Positions 25,198-38,559 of a DNA stretch of 64,000 bases are shown here, in pieces. Each line of letters begins with the position of its first letter. Positions within the stretch are counted from its first letter, which is position 1. This stretch comes from Rhynchobatus australiae. Lineage: Eukaryota. Both the position numbers and the translations under genes were made by a program. A model generated the notes under the pieces. That model had not been told where the DNA came from. It did no database searches and saw only the letters and a list, made by a program, of their open reading frames with translations. The stretch is from NCBI GenBank assembly GCA_034780895.1, contig JAUZTB010000107.1:63590435-63654434 (forward strand). The letters are read 5' to 3'.

Positions 25198-25744
25198 TGA
25201 AGCAGGATAACATAACAAAGAACTATACCTTACTGAGCATGGGAAGCAGTTGAGAGAGTGTGTTGGGGAGAAAGGAATAATGATAAAACTGTTGGGTGGG
25301 AGGGGCAAAGCCAGTGAATCAGTAGTGCTGAATGGCCTGCTTCAGTGTGATATGTTCTATCTGATGTCACATAATATTTTATCTTACTTCAGTGAAAGGT
25401 CTCCGAGTGGAGATCACAGGGCATTGATTTTGCTCATTGATTATCTTTTGGATGGAACTTTATCTCCCATCTCCAAAGTCTATTCATTTTGCTAATTGCA
25501 TTGTAATCTGGTGATTTTCAGGGTGAGCCCATCAGACTTCTAGAACCTTCTTTAAAGTGAACTTTAAGCAGAGTCAAGATAATGGGCAACAGATACTTAA
25601 TACTGTCCAAATGGTTCAATGAGATACTTAAAAATAGCACTTGTAAACTTTCCCAAAATAAGAGCATCCTTGAAGTATATGAGCAGACCCTGATGAAACC
25701 AATAAAATAGTTTAACTGTATCTCCATAACAGGCTTAGGATTTT

Positions 25745-26025
25745 AGAATCAGAATTACGTTTATTATCACTGACTTATATGACGAGAAATTTATTGTTGT
25801 GCGGCAGCAGTACGGTGCAAAGACATGAAAATTATTATAAATGACGAAATAAATAAGTAGTGCAAAACAAAGAATAACGAGGTAGTGTTCTTAGGTTCAT
25901 GGACTGTTCAAAATTCTGATGGCAGAGGGGAAGAAGCAGTTTCTGAAACATTTGAGTGTGGGTCTTCAGGCTCCTGCAGCTCCTCCCCAACGGTAGTAAT
26001 GTGAAGAGGGCATGTCCTGGATGTT
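25745..26025 (-). mobile_element. Rex1/Babar-type LINE 3' end
   Basis: HPGHALFTLLPLGRSCRSLKTHTQ; reverse-complement homolog of 11750-12050. Confidence 0.85.
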
Positions 26026-26623
26026 TTTTCAGCATGAAAGAATACAAAAAGATCAACATTTTTTCCCTCCATCCTTGGAATTATTACAGGGGAAATCTTC
26101 CATGGAAATTCAGCATGAGCTCGTCTGAGCCAGTTGGCTGGTGGTCCTGTGTAACACAATTTAGGACAAAGGCCTGGAGCACCTCCCTCCAATTGGGCAG
26201 AGCTTCAAACCAATGGAACCTGAATTGAGAACGTTGCAGAAGTTGACCCAGAATTTCCATTTGAGACAATATTGAGTCTGCATTTTGAAAAGGTGATGAA
26301 AAGTCTCCACCCTAAAACTTTCACCCTGTTTCTCTCTTCACAAATGCTGCTCATACATTTGAGTGTTTCCAGCTTTCCCTTTCTTGGTGTTGATATTGTC
26401 AATTTTTTCTTCCAAGTTTCACTAACCAGTGTCTCTCCATGGCCTCTAGTAAGTGAATGTTCTCTTTTAGCTGTTAAATTTGGCAGGTTTTTGTTCTCCA
26501 TGGCAGAAGGTGCTGAGAAGATTGCAAACCATTGGCACCTAATACCATTCAATATCTCAGTCCATTGTGTATGCTCACACAGGATGTTCTAAAATAACAC
26601 AGAGAATGTTGTAAGCTCATAAA

Positions 26624-26726
26624 TTCTAATGTATTTCTTTTTCTCTTTTTCTTCTCGGTCCCTCTTGATGGTTGCTGATCTTCCTCAATGTTATATGCTG
26701 TTTTCATCTTCATCTTTCAGGTAAGC
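26624..26726 (+). other. Candidate recursive splice site (branch point, AG-free pyrimidine tract, CAG|GTAAGC)
   Basis: ttctaat at ~26624-26630, no AG from 26616 to 26718, then tttcag|gtaagc at 26720/26721. Confidence 0.4.
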
Positions 26727-29639
26727 TTGACTCAAGTCTGATGCAGAAAAAGTCACACTATATATGAACAAAATTTCATTATTTTAAAGCCTCAGATGGC
26801 ATCTTAACATAATTGTGCTTAAATGGCACAAGATATCCTTGCATGAAGACCCAAATATCTGTCTACCCTCCACTCCCAANNNNNCTAAATGCTTCCACAT
26901 GAGACATAGTTCTTCAGTGGTGGTTTTCTTCCAGTATCTCATTCATCTGGCTTTTATCCTGGTTCAATGGCGAGAGCAGGCTAACTATCTAAAAATATGG
27001 ATAGTCATTGGCACAACAGAGCAGTTCACTCACTTCCACACAAGCATGTTCCAGTAAGGGACCCTTGTTGATTTGTCCCTCCCTGACATATAAGAACTGT
27101 GACATGCTACTGCTGCCAATTCACTCTACAATGATTGAACATGACATTGATCTTATGTGTGTTGTCCAGAAATGATAACTCATTCTATGTCAATGGCTTC
27201 AGTTTTTAACATGGTCAATTTTAGCTCAAAAATATATTTGAACTTGTATGGGGAAAGCTACCTTAACAAAAACATTTACGTTGTTATTTTTGGTATGTGT
27301 TGACTGCATCTCATGTTTAATGTATTTTTTAATGTGTTTTCAAGAATTTACATTCACACTTCAAGCTTTTGCATATTTTCATTGCATGCTGTAGGAGGAA
27401 CATATTAAACTATATTTTGTGATTTTCCTAAATGCATTGCAAGCTTAAAGGTTGAAACAATCTGGTTCTAGTTGCAATGGCTGATTTTATTTTAGGAAAT
27501 CAGAATTTACCATTTTAATGAAGAGCGGGAAAGAAAGGGGAATCAATTGTGTTGAAAAACCTATCCATGGTGTCACGTCTGTGTCTTTAACGAGATGATA
27601 TCCTTGATCATTTTTCATTATTATGCATTCAATTTTGTGTGCTAAAACCATAAGGGAAGAAATTTGCCTTTGGATGCAGTTGGCATTCTCGTCTCTTTTA
27701 CCTGGAGTTTTCTTTTCTGTCCAAACTCATTTGTATATTGTTTATCATAGAATCTGTCCGCAAATATTACAAGGGTGTTGTGTTTTAAAATGTAATGCTT
27801 TCTAAAAAAAACAAAATAGTTGTAGAAATTCTTTGATTATACAGTATTTAAGAATGATAATTTTGGAAGTTTGGCTAATACACTGGAAATAGATTTTATC
27901 ACCAAAAAAGATAATTTTATTATCTGTGCATCAATCCACCATCTTTTAGTAACCAAGTGTTAAGTGTTTGAAAATTACACAAATGCAGAATTATTTGCTA
28001 CCTACATTTGTGTACAATTGTCAGTTTATGAATTAAGACAAAATAGTCCTCAGAAGCTTTGAGAAAGAGTCTCTTGCTGTCCAGCTTTTTTTTCATTTGG
28101 AAAGGCCTGTGAACAAGTGCAATCAGTGATAATTTCAAATAGCATTTAATTAGCTTGGAGTGAGGCCAGTTGTGTGGGCAGGGCCACCTTTCATTCATTT
28201 TATTTTGGACAAGTTCTTACAATTGTCGGAGCTTAATTTCAAATTCCCTAATTGAAATCATTAAATTTTCATGTTCAAAATTTTGCAAACTTTGGGCCAA
28301 TTTCAGATGAACTGTGAGGAAAATTTCAGGGTAAGCTCTCCTTCTTTCTATAAAAATCTCTTTTCACAACATATTGGTACTCCGGCACTTCATTGTTCAC
28401 CGGTATCAATCATGCCAGTCAAAGGGTCATCTACACAGTCAGGAGTTAAGATGTTCTCGGCTGGTAATGCTAAACATGCACTTGGCATCCAAAATTCAGT
28501 TTCGCTGACTACAATGCCTGATCACTATTATTATTGAGTTTATTGCTACTAACTGAGGGCATATTTCACAGCAATGATTTCTTTTAGAAGCTGGAGATCC
28601 TCCTTACAGAGAACAAACTAACCAGCAAATACAAAAAGAATCTAGAAGGAGTTCTTCATCTCCTTTGTCGAAACAACTAAACCGTAATTATATAATGTTT
28701 TGACAGCAGCCTACTGTTTCATCCACTGCTGCATCTCATCTAGGAGTGCCAGCATTAGACGTCTGCTGCTTTATTGCCGTTTCCACTTATCCTTTCCACC
28801 CTGATGGCTGTCATTCTTGTCTCTCATCCATCCTGTTAGTGATTGCAGCTCCCTCTGGCTCTGTATTCGTTTCGGATAAACTTCCACCTTTCCACCTTTG
28901 GATCTGTTTGAGTTCTGAAAAGGTCTGCATTTTAAATGTCTTACCTGTCTTTTCAAATTTGCTTAAACCTGCGATGCATTTCCACCACTTCCTGTGTTTC
29001 CTTTAGATTTGCTGCAGTTACATTTTTTTTCTCTTAATTTCTGAAGAAGTAGTTGTTACCCAAGAGATTGTAGATTTTTCTCATCACTTTTGTTTTATGT
29101 GATGGAAGGACTTTCTGAGGACAATATAGCAACTTCAATGCCTGAGTGAAGGGGAGGACAGGAAGGAAACCAGAAATTGGCTTTCATTGTAGATATAATT
29201 GCATGTTAAAAAGGAAATAATTATATACATGAATTTGTGGAGAAAGCAAGTGTCACAATGATGAAAACATATTGCCACTTGTGCTCTGAAGCAAACAATA
29301 AATTCACATTCCATTTCGACCAAGGAGTGTATGCAGAACAGTGTTAGGCTTCATAGATATACCTGTGTTGTAGTAGTTACAGCTTTTGCTGCTGTGTGTA
29401 GAGGTCATTCAGGATGCCCTGTATTGCCTTAACTTCAAGTTGTGATGTTAAGTAGTAATCAAGTTAACAAGTAGTAATCTCTCTGTATGATCAGTGTGGC
29501 CTCACTTTGACTGTGGAAGTGGCATTCTAGCCAGGCAGTGGGAAGTCACTTCTGAGAAAGGTGTAGAGTCAGGGGATGGGACTGATCAGAATGCTATGAG
29601 AGCCAGCATAAACTCAATGGGCTGAATGGCATTCCAAGT

Positions 29640-30298
29640 CAAAAAGGAATATGAAACATATACAGATGGTGGTGAGCTCTTTCTTGAACTGTTGCAATCC
29701 ATCTGGTGAAGGTACTCCCACAGTGCTGCTGCTTGGCAGTGCCATGTTTTGGACCCATTGCCGATGATGAACTGGTGAGATATTTCCAAGATGGGATTGT
29801 ATATGACTAAGAAGGGAAACAGCTGCTGGTGGTGTTGCCACGTCCCCGAAAGCCTGAAAACCTCAGTTAGAGATTATGGATTTGAGAGGTGCTGTCAGAG
29901 TGACCGGGGTGAGTAACTACAGTGCATTTTTATAGATAGTACACTCCATAGCCTTGGTGTCTGGGCTGAAGATGGTGAATGTTCAGTGCGATGTATGTGG
30001 TACCAGTGAAGCGGACTGCCTTGTCCTGGATGGTGTCACGTTTCCTGAGTGTTGCTGGAGTTGCTCGCCAATTTTGTGGTCTGTAGATGCTAGAGAATCT
30101 TTGGAGTAAGCCACTCTCCAAAGAATGCCCAGCCTTTGATCTGCATTTGTATCCATGGTATTTATTAGGATGGTCCACTTACGTTTCCTGTCAGTGTTTG
30201 CCCCCAATAGTTGATGGTTGCAGTCCTGGTAATGATAATGTTGAGGATGGTTTGTTGAAGGCGCTTTTGTTGGAGGTAATCGATGGCTGGCATTTGTG
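29640..30298 (-). mobile_element. Older non-LTR retrotransposon (L2/Crack-like) ORF2 C-terminus and tail
   Basis: TLRKRDTIQDKAVRFTGT...NIHHLQPRH; tail VGVPSPDGLQQFKKELTT. Confidence 0.75.
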
Positions 30299-30311
30299 AA
30301 CATAAGAGCAT

Positions 30312-30620
30312 AAGTAGACAGCCAGCTCCTCTTTCCTAGGGCACCAATGCTCAAGACAAGAGGGCATGGCTTTAAGGTTATGGGTGAGAAGTTCAGGGGA
30401 GATGTCAGAGGGAGGTTTTTCACCCAGAGAGTGGTTGGTGCATGGAATGAGTTGCCTGGGGTGGTGGTGGAGGCAGATACTTTGGACAGGTTCAAGAGAT
30501 TGTTGGATAGGCATATGGAAGAATGTGGGATAGAGGGATATGCGGGAGGAAAGGGTTCGATAGTGTGAGGTGTGGTTTGATGGGCGGCACAACGTGGTGG
30601 GCCGAAGGGTATGGTTCTAA
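30312..30620 (+). mobile_element. Young 5'-truncated HER1/CR1 LINE
   Basis: Open frame [54 protein letters not shown], CpGs retained, tail atggttcta. Confidence 0.95.
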
Positions 30621-32340
30621 AACTTATTGATTTTTCTTCCTGTTTTGCTGTCTCAAAATTCTTCAGAGCAGTTGACTGCTCGGCCAGTTAGATGACATCA
30701 CCGTTGCTATGCATCAGCAATCCCGTTGAACTGACACCCGGCAAAAATCAATGTTAGAAAATGAAAAGTCCATGCTGCAGAGATTGCGAGATCTTTGCAC
30801 CCATTGTGCTTCAACATCAACAGTAAGCGCTATTGCTTCAGCACTTCTGTTTGCATTTTACCTCTGTACTCACTTGCAAAAATGGGATTATTTGTGGAGG
30901 TAGGAGGGATGGGCATAAATGGCTGAATCAGGATGGTTCATTGCAAATACTATACTTCCTTGCCTTTAGTTGGGCGTGTATGGTTTTCTATGTTCTTGAA
31001 GAATGCAACTGAGGTTCTGTTTGTTAACCTTGGCCTCTAGTTCCTGCCTCAAGCAGTGGGAGGGGAAAAGTGCCAGAAAGTAAGGATCAGCAACAGAATA
31101 TCACATTTTCACTTCAAAGCCCCAACAGTAAATAAGACAGGGATGTCAATTGACAGGACTGCCTTTTAGTGGGAAGTTCTAAATAAATGTTGGCTTGAGT
31201 CTTTCAAGTGTTTAATACCATTGAGGGATTTTATTCTGCAGGATTCATTTAACTTGGAAGAGATTAGAAGCTATTGGCACATTGTCTGACAGTTCTTATC
31301 TGGTTCACTTTTGAGCCAAAGAGAGGAAATGGTGCAGACTTAACCTCCAGACAGTACTTTTGGAAGATTTGTTTTATTTTGGTGATTGAGACAAATTTAG
31401 GTGTATGTGAGATTTGGCTGCTTTATTCATATTTTCAGACTGTTCATGGTCTATTCTTTCCTTAATGATTGTGTCACAACATCTGGGTTAGGCACATCGG
31501 AACTATATGGTCTTTGCAAATAGTACTGTAGGTTCAATGACCTTTCCTGGGGCTTTTGACAATATGCACCCTTTTGAGCAATGATTGGTCCTGTGGAACT
31601 GTTTGATTGGTTCCTCAAAGTGTAGCAGAATGCATGGACATTCAGAACATTTTACATTTAGATACCATTCTTCAAGACTTTGCAGCAGAAGCAAATAGGG
31701 CATTCAATTTTTTCTACAATCAAAGCAAAGTTTCAATGCAAGTTAATCATTGTGATGTATAAGTCATATGTTGGATTGATTCTTAACATTTCAGAGCACT
31801 TGATCCATGTCCAAGTAATAAGAAGAATTTGTGGCAATAGTTAATTATGGTCTGACCTTCAAAATGTTGCTTAATAGAATTGACAAATTAGTGGGAACTT
31901 CTCTTTCCAGTTGGGTTTTATGAGGAAGGTGACAAAGCAAGCTGGGNNNNNNNNNNNNNNNNNNNNNNNNNNNNNNNNNNNNNNNNNNNNNNNNNNNNNN
32001 NNNNNNNNNNNNNNNNNNNNNNNNNNNNNNNNNNNNNNNNNNNNNNATGTCAGTGACCATGTTTCCACATTGAGGAAGACCAGCATTAGCTCCTTAGTTA
32101 CAATACAGTGAGTACTGCAATGACATTTCTCTTGCTCTCCATTCTAAATCTGCCAGTTTTAATTTTCTGCGCACAATCCATTGTTCCTGTCTCCTCATCC
32201 AGTGTAAACCATCTGATTCTAGCTGTCCTTTCTCAATTTTAAATATTTCTTCTTATTGATTTGCAACCTGAATGTTATAATGAAAAAGTCCAATTTTTCT
32301 ATTACTTGTACGTGTATTATTTTGTAGACTGAATCGTTGT

Positions 32341-32344
32341 TCTG

Positions 32345-32396
<52 letters not shown>
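32341..32396. repeat. (CT)n microsatellite
   Basis: Directly visible. Confidence 0.95.
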
Positions 32397-32401
<5 letters not shown>

Positions 32402-33009
32402 AATGCTTTACCTGGGCTTGCCATTACCAGCTAGCTTTTGGATGCTGTATAGCTGTCTGTCTTTTTGATTGGCAGTGGCTTAGCCAATCAGAAGGTATCT
32501 GCCTCATACATTCTAAAACCCAATCCCATGTATCTTGTGTCAGTTGTATCCACACCTGCAGTAGAGTGGAGCAGGTAACAAGTTCATTCAGACCTTCACT
32601 TCCAGGGATTTTGCAAGTGAGAGCCTCACAAATTTATATGCAAGCTGTATACATATGTCACTCAGACTGTGGTACAGTTTTAACCAGGAGCCTGAATGAT
32701 AGGCATTCCTGTCAGGAGGAATCAGATATGGCCTGCACATCCCAAAGCAAAGAACCTCCAATCTCCAGCAACAAGATCAAAGGAATTAGAAGAATTTTCA
32801 ATACCTGTTTAAAGAAAATAAAACTGACAACCTGCTTTGAACCACACAGGCATGCAGTGGCATTTCTCGTGCATCTGTTCTAAATGTTTTGCACGGCCCC
32901 TTGATCATGGCCATTCAAAAATTATAAACTGTCTCCTGTCTTTTAATAATATTAAACATTTCTATCTTCTTGTCTGCAGTTTTAAAGTTCACAAGTTCAA
33001 AAGTGTTTT

Positions 33010-33378
33010 TCTTTTTCCTCTGGAGTGTCGGAGGCTGAGGGGAGAGATGATAGAAGTTTATAAAATTATGAGAGGCATAGAGTGGAGAGTCAGAATGTTT
33101 TTCCCAGGGTAGAAATGTCAAATACTAGTGGGCATAGCTTTAAGGTGAGAGGGCGAAAGTTTGTTTTTACACAGAGAGTGGTAGGTGCCTCATGCGGGCT
33201 GCCAGGGGTGTTAGTGGAAGCAGATACGATAGTGGGATTTGAGAGACTATTAGAGAGATATATGAATGTACAGGGAATGGAGGAATTTGGATCATGTGCA
33301 GGCAGAAGAGATTTAGTTTAATTTGGCATCGTGTTTGGCACTGATATCATGGGCCGAAGGGCCTGGACTATGTTCTAA
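33010..33378 (+). mobile_element. HER1/CR1 LINE 3' end
   Basis: LECRRLRGEMIEVYKIMRGI...GHSFKVRG...FTQRVVG; tail gggccgaagggcc. Confidence 0.92.
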
Positions 33379-33725
33379 CAACGGAAACATGTTGCTGACT
33401 ACAGTCACTCCTGATGTATGCTAAGTTCTCGTTTGGTTCTGAAGAAGGACCCTGTGGTATTCCTTACCAACAATTCTGTTGTAATTTAGTTTAATTTAAT
33501 TCAATTTTGTGTAATTTAATCTGTGGACAGTGACTAATTGCCATAAACATTTGCTGTGTGATTGTGTTGATATAAGAAAAATGACCCAAGTAAACCCTTT
33601 CTTGTCCTTGTTGCAACCAGTTTACAATATGATAAATGGACAGTTCAGGGTACACCCAGCAGATGTCTGCCAGCTAGCCCAAATACTATTATTACATAGG
33701 GCTTGTCATACTTGAAGTCTGACTC

Positions 33726-33944
33726 TAGGTTTTCCCCAATTTATGAATGTTTGATTTATGAATTTTCATGTAATGTGATTAATTTTTTGGGGGCATTATG
33801 ACAATTTTTCATCATAACAAACATGCCCATGGACTCCACCAAAATACCCATTATGCACTTTCTAGCTTATTTGCTTTACAAAAGCTCACTTAATGAAACA
33901 TTTTATAGGAAGGCACCTCTTTCATTAACTGAAGAATGGCTTTA
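33726..33944. mobile_element. Old Tigger/pogo-like MITE, CpG-decayed
   Basis: Ends taggttttccccaatttatgaatgtttgatttatgaa and ggaaggcacctctttcattaactgaagaatggcttta resemble deaminated CAGGTAGTCCCCGACTTACGAA-type TIRs. Confidence 0.45.
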
Positions 33945-34094
33945 TACAGTTGAAGATTGTTGTTCTGTTATGATGATATTAATAGCTATGCAAAAGTAGG
34001 CTGCATTTATAATTACAGGCAAAGTGACGTTGAGAGTTTGCCTTCTGTGGCTAAGTTTTCACATATGGGTTGGGTTTTCATTCTGTGTTCATTG

Positions 34095-34582
34095 GTCACT
34101 CCAGTAGCTGGGATACGATCTTGACTGAAACCAGTGAGGGAGTATTATGTTATCAAACAGTGCTACTCTTTTGATGAAAGTCTGTCTTTCCTCCTGGATG
34201 AATCCATGGAATGAGTCACAGAAGACGAGGGAAGCCTTCCCTGGTGCATGGCACTGTTTATCTTTCAACCAGCATCATCACAGTGATTATTTATTTCATT
34301 GCTGTTTGTGGAATCTTGCTCAACACACATTTGGCTGTATTTTTTTTTGTTATCCAATATTCCAATAGTGCCTGCATTTCAAATGTTCATTAGGGGATAG
34401 AACCTAAGAAACAGGAGAAGGAATGCACCCCACAATCCCTCGAGCTAGCTCTGTCATCCGGTAAGACCTTGGCCTCAGTTTCACTTTCTTGCCTGATCCT
34501 CTTAAAACCTGACTCCCCTTTTCTTTCATTTACCATGTCCCAGGGACACATGTAGGGACTATATAAATGTAAGCCTTTCTTT
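34095..34582 (+). mobile_element. DeuSINE, interrupted by a CR1 tail (~34398-34530, minus strand)
   Basis: cattgctgtttgtggaatcttgct...ttggctg Deu-domain; end ctatataaatgtaagcctttcttt. Confidence 0.7.
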
Positions 34583-35024
34583 TATACTGGTAGAGCATTG
34601 ATAGCGTGAACTCCAGCTAAATGTGGAATCCAGGTCTCACCTTTGGAGACCAGGATGCCCCGAGGAAGAAAATATTAATTTGCCATCTTTGGAAGCAGAG
34701 ACACTAAATGCCTTGCACAGATTTGGCTTTAGCCAGTAGCTGAAACCACTTTGCACCAAGATAAAACCTTTAGTTGTAATTCTACTGATCTGATTGTCAC
34801 AGAGATGGTGAACTTGAACAACCCTCCAGCAAAAGTTCCTACCCAATTCTCCGGAAAGGCTAATGACACAAACCTTGTGACTTGTTAGAGAAGGTGGGTG
34901 CATTGTCATTTGGACTCAATATCCCCAAAGACTTCAGTTACACTCTTAACTATTGTAAGCCTGAGGGGAAAACAGAAAGCAGGTAACACAAAAGAAATTG
35001 GAGTCTGCATTGTGTTCTTTACAT

Positions 35025-35465
35025 CTGGCTACGGTTCAACTGATAGTACTCTTGCCTCTGAGTCGAAAGCTTCTGAGTTCAAGTCTCACTCGAGTGTGCT
35101 TGGACTGACAGGAGTGCAGCACCGGGGGAATACTGCACTCTCAGAGGTGATGTCTCTTGGAAGAACTCTTGCTCCTTCAGCTCTCTCGGATGGATGTAAA
35201 AGACCTCGGGTCTCTCTCTGAAAGTGAGATGAACATTTGTCCCTGGTCTCCTGGCCAATACTTATCCCTCAATTGACATTTAAAAAAAAACAAATCATCT
35301 GGTCCCTCGCAAACTTCTATTTGTGGGAACTTGCGATGTGTAAATTGGCAGCTACTTATCCTATTTTACAACAGTGACTACACATCAGAGATATTTATTA
35401 ATTGTAAAGTGCAACTGAACATACAGAAAGGGACGTGAAAGGTTCAGTGTAAATGCATTATTTTT
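35025..35465 (+). mobile_element. DeuSINE (SacSINE1/AmnSINE1-like), near full length
   Basis: ctcttgcctctgagtc...ggatgtaaaaga...cctggccaatacttatccctcaa...tttgtgggaacttgc...aaattggcagc...acaacagtgactacac...gtgaaagg. Confidence 0.85.
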
Positions 35466-35904
35466 TGCTTGATTGAATGGACTTGGGTGTTTTGACCTTT
35501 GACCTACAAATTCCTTCCTCATTGGCCTTGTTTTCTGTAAATCTGTTTCTGAAGGTCAGTGGCATGATTTTCAGTTTCTTTGTGAAAAGGCCATTGTTTA
35601 TTTGTTGCATCCCTTCAAGTTCCCAGACAAAGTTCTCTTCCCACATACGGCTACCTCATATTTCACTGGATTCAAACTGCAGCCTGGTCCTTTTGTATTG
35701 GCCTTCAGACCTCACCTCCCATTGTGTTGCTTTCGGCTGTGTGAGAACAATGTCCCAAATTTAGGGCGGTCCTGAATCAAGGATTGTACAGAGTCCACCC
35801 TGTTTGCTGCAAGCCTTTAAATCTCAGCGCGTCAACCATGTTATTTTGACATGTTTTTCCTCTTTCCATTCGGATCAAGGGAGCATGACCCAGCCATTCC
35901 TGGG

Positions 35905-36080
35905 AATCTGAAACAAGAACAGAAAATGCCGCAATACTCAGCAGGTCAGGCAGCATCTGTGAAAGACAAACCCAGACACCTTTGATGTGAATCGTGTTCT
36001 CCGCTTCCTCAGGTTCTTTCTCCTCCCCCGCCCTCCTGAATATTTATAGTGTTTTCTGTTTTCTATTCAGATTTGCAGCA
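35905..36080. mobile_element. Palindromic PLE-terminus element
   Basis: aacagaaaatgccgcaatactcagcaggtcaggcagcatctgtg...gttttctgttttctattcagatttgcagca. Confidence 0.7.
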
Positions 36081-36519
36081 TTTCAAAGGAACTCTTCCTG
36101 TGCTTGTCCCTCACTGTCTCTCTCTGTCTGTAAAGCCCCAGGAAACACATATCATCTGAGCCAGCATGAGGCACACTGAGGCTCAGAAGAGAGCCGAGAT
36201 AACTTGGTGGAACAGGTAACCACTGCCTGCAGAGCTTCTCTGGCAGTGCCTCAAGGTGCTGGCCAGCTGCAAGTGCCGGCCATCCCTCCAGGTGGGACCC
36301 ACCTTCAATTTGGCAATGGGTCTCCAGCTTGGGACAAGGATGGACAAGATTTAGTTGGACTGCGTTTGTATCAGAAGAACCGGTTTCAGGGTAAATCTCA
36401 AGGCCACAAGACCACAAAGATGAAACACTATTTGGAACAACAGAACAGCAGCTCTAATCAACTCCTGGATATGCCCTGTCGGATCTTCATTCAGTGACTT
36501 CAGTAACTCCACTTTTTTT

Positions 36520-37640
36520 CCTGCTTGATTAGTCCCTCTCTATTATCTGGCAAACAAACACTTTGGACTGATGCGTTTCTAGTTCCTTGGGCCTTGTTAA
36601 CTGGAATCTTAATTTCCCCTCATTTTTTTCCATGTTATTATTTTCTTTTGTAGTCTTAGAAACGCTTCCTTTATTTTAAGTTCTTTTTGTCGTTAACAAT
36701 TTTCTGAACAGTTCTCAATTTGTATCCTTTCTAAAGCTCCTATTGAAACTTTATGTACATTGACTTCTTGCAAACTGTTGTCAACAACTTTACAAGTATT
36801 TCACAGTCTTTTCTTAATTCTCAGGGTTAATTTCTCAAGATTAATCACCTTGTCTGCTATCCTCTATTTTCTCAATTATATGTAAACCTGTTCCATTTAG
36901 CTATTGCTTCTACCCCTTTATCAGTCCTTGCTCCTCTTAGTTCTGAGCAGAACCTCCTATAATTCACTGCCTACCATATAATCATTTAATGTTCCTGTTT
37001 CTCTGTCTTTCCCTTTTCATTTGTACCCTCTGACCTTCTGATCACTGCTTCTTGGCTATTCGCCTATAAGACATCACACGATTAATGTTCCTGGTCAGTA
37101 TCCGATCAAGTGCAACTTCATTTCTCCACCCTCTCTGATGTGTTAATTAATGTTTGTAGACCTCACCAAGTACAGATTTCACCTGCTCTGTTCCCAACTA
37201 GTATCATTCAAATTCCATTAGACGTTAGGGTCATTAAACTCCACCCTCTTACCACCACCACTGGCTCCTTAATAAAGCATGACTTTTGCTGGATGTCTTC
37301 CTTGATTCTCTGTGGAATACAAATCACTGTCTGGCAGGCTACAGCAAATTCCCATCAGCAGTTTCTCTGTTTTCCTCATTTAATTAAATCCAGAGTGATT
37401 CAGCCTCCCTTGAGTCCTCTTTCAAGTCCTGAACTTAATGTTTTCCTTTATACATAATGTGACTCCTCCTCCTACACACTGACATTTATTGCTTCCGAAC
37501 GATAACCCACCCATCCAGCACCATGTCCCATTCCTGCTTTTGGCCACCTGGTTTCTATGTACTTCAGGCACCAAAACCCCTCGTTCTAAATTTGCCAGTT
37601 TTGCTGTTGCCGGAAATCAAAATGTTTTTCTGACAGTCAC
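36520..37640 (-). mobile_element. Very old CR1 ORF2 5' (APE endonuclease) region
   Basis: Minus-strand remnants EWDMVLDGWVIVR, GGGVTLCIR (GGGVALY-like) and a GDFN-like motif; many stops and frameshifts. Confidence 0.55.
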
Positions 37641-38559
37641 TTTTCCTTTTAAACTGAGTCTTCCAAATTCCAGCCACCCTTTCTGTTTCCAGGAAAATGT
37701 ACAGAGCTCCTGTTGTGATATCAACACTTGGGTCACCATCTCTGGATAATTTCCTGGGGTTCTTAATCATGTGATTCCTCATCTTCAAACACCTCTGCCA
37801 GTCAAAAAGCCATTTCCTCTACTCTAATATTTTGAAAATTAATGAGGTTCAACAGGATAAAAACCATTAATATCCTGATGATTTTTCTCATCAATTGCTT
37901 GCTGCGGTGTTCAGGGGATATTTGTCCTTAATTCCTGGAAACTCCAGGACATTCCTGAAGGATTACTAAACCGTCAGTTCATTTGCTCCAGTTGTCTCTG
38001 TAATGACGCTGTGATACATCATCNNNNNNNNNNNNNNNNNNNNNNNNNNNNNNNNNNNNNNNNNNNNNNNNNNNNNNNNNNNNNNNNNNNNNNNNNNNNN
38101 NNNNNNNNNNNNNNNNNNNNNNNTACATCATCATCTTATGATTAAATGATGGTAGCTCAGTGGGCCAAATGCTGCAGCTGTGGACTTTATTAAAAGTTCG
38201 TGTTATGGGATGTGGGCAGCATTTATTGTCCGTTCCTCAGCAGGTTCCTACTTCTTACTTTGCGTCCGAACCTGGGAATTCCTTGCTGTCGGCTTTCTTT
38301 CCCAAGGCTTGAGTTGCAATATCGAAGCAGCTGGATTTTGAGCCTTCAGGTAGCACCTAGTGTTAGCCTGACAAAATGGCAGGAAATCCTCCAGTGAATA
38401 ATTCTAGCCGATATTTAATTTTTTTTTAAATTGAAGTTTTTTTCTTGAAAAAAGTCCTTAGTGATCGTGACTGTGTTAAACTGGCTCCCCTTCTCCATCT
38501 AAACTACCTCCGGTCTTTGACCACACCATCCTGCCCCAAAACCTCTCTACATTGTTAAC

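Noticed and set aside
27598-27606. ATATCCTT resembling a U12-type 5' splice site (also ~26833)
   Set aside because: Short motif, with no associated exon or U12 branch site found
36204-36497. GC-richer 97-aa ORF with a possible donor cagg|gtaaat
   Set aside because: No recognisable domain and no credible acceptor
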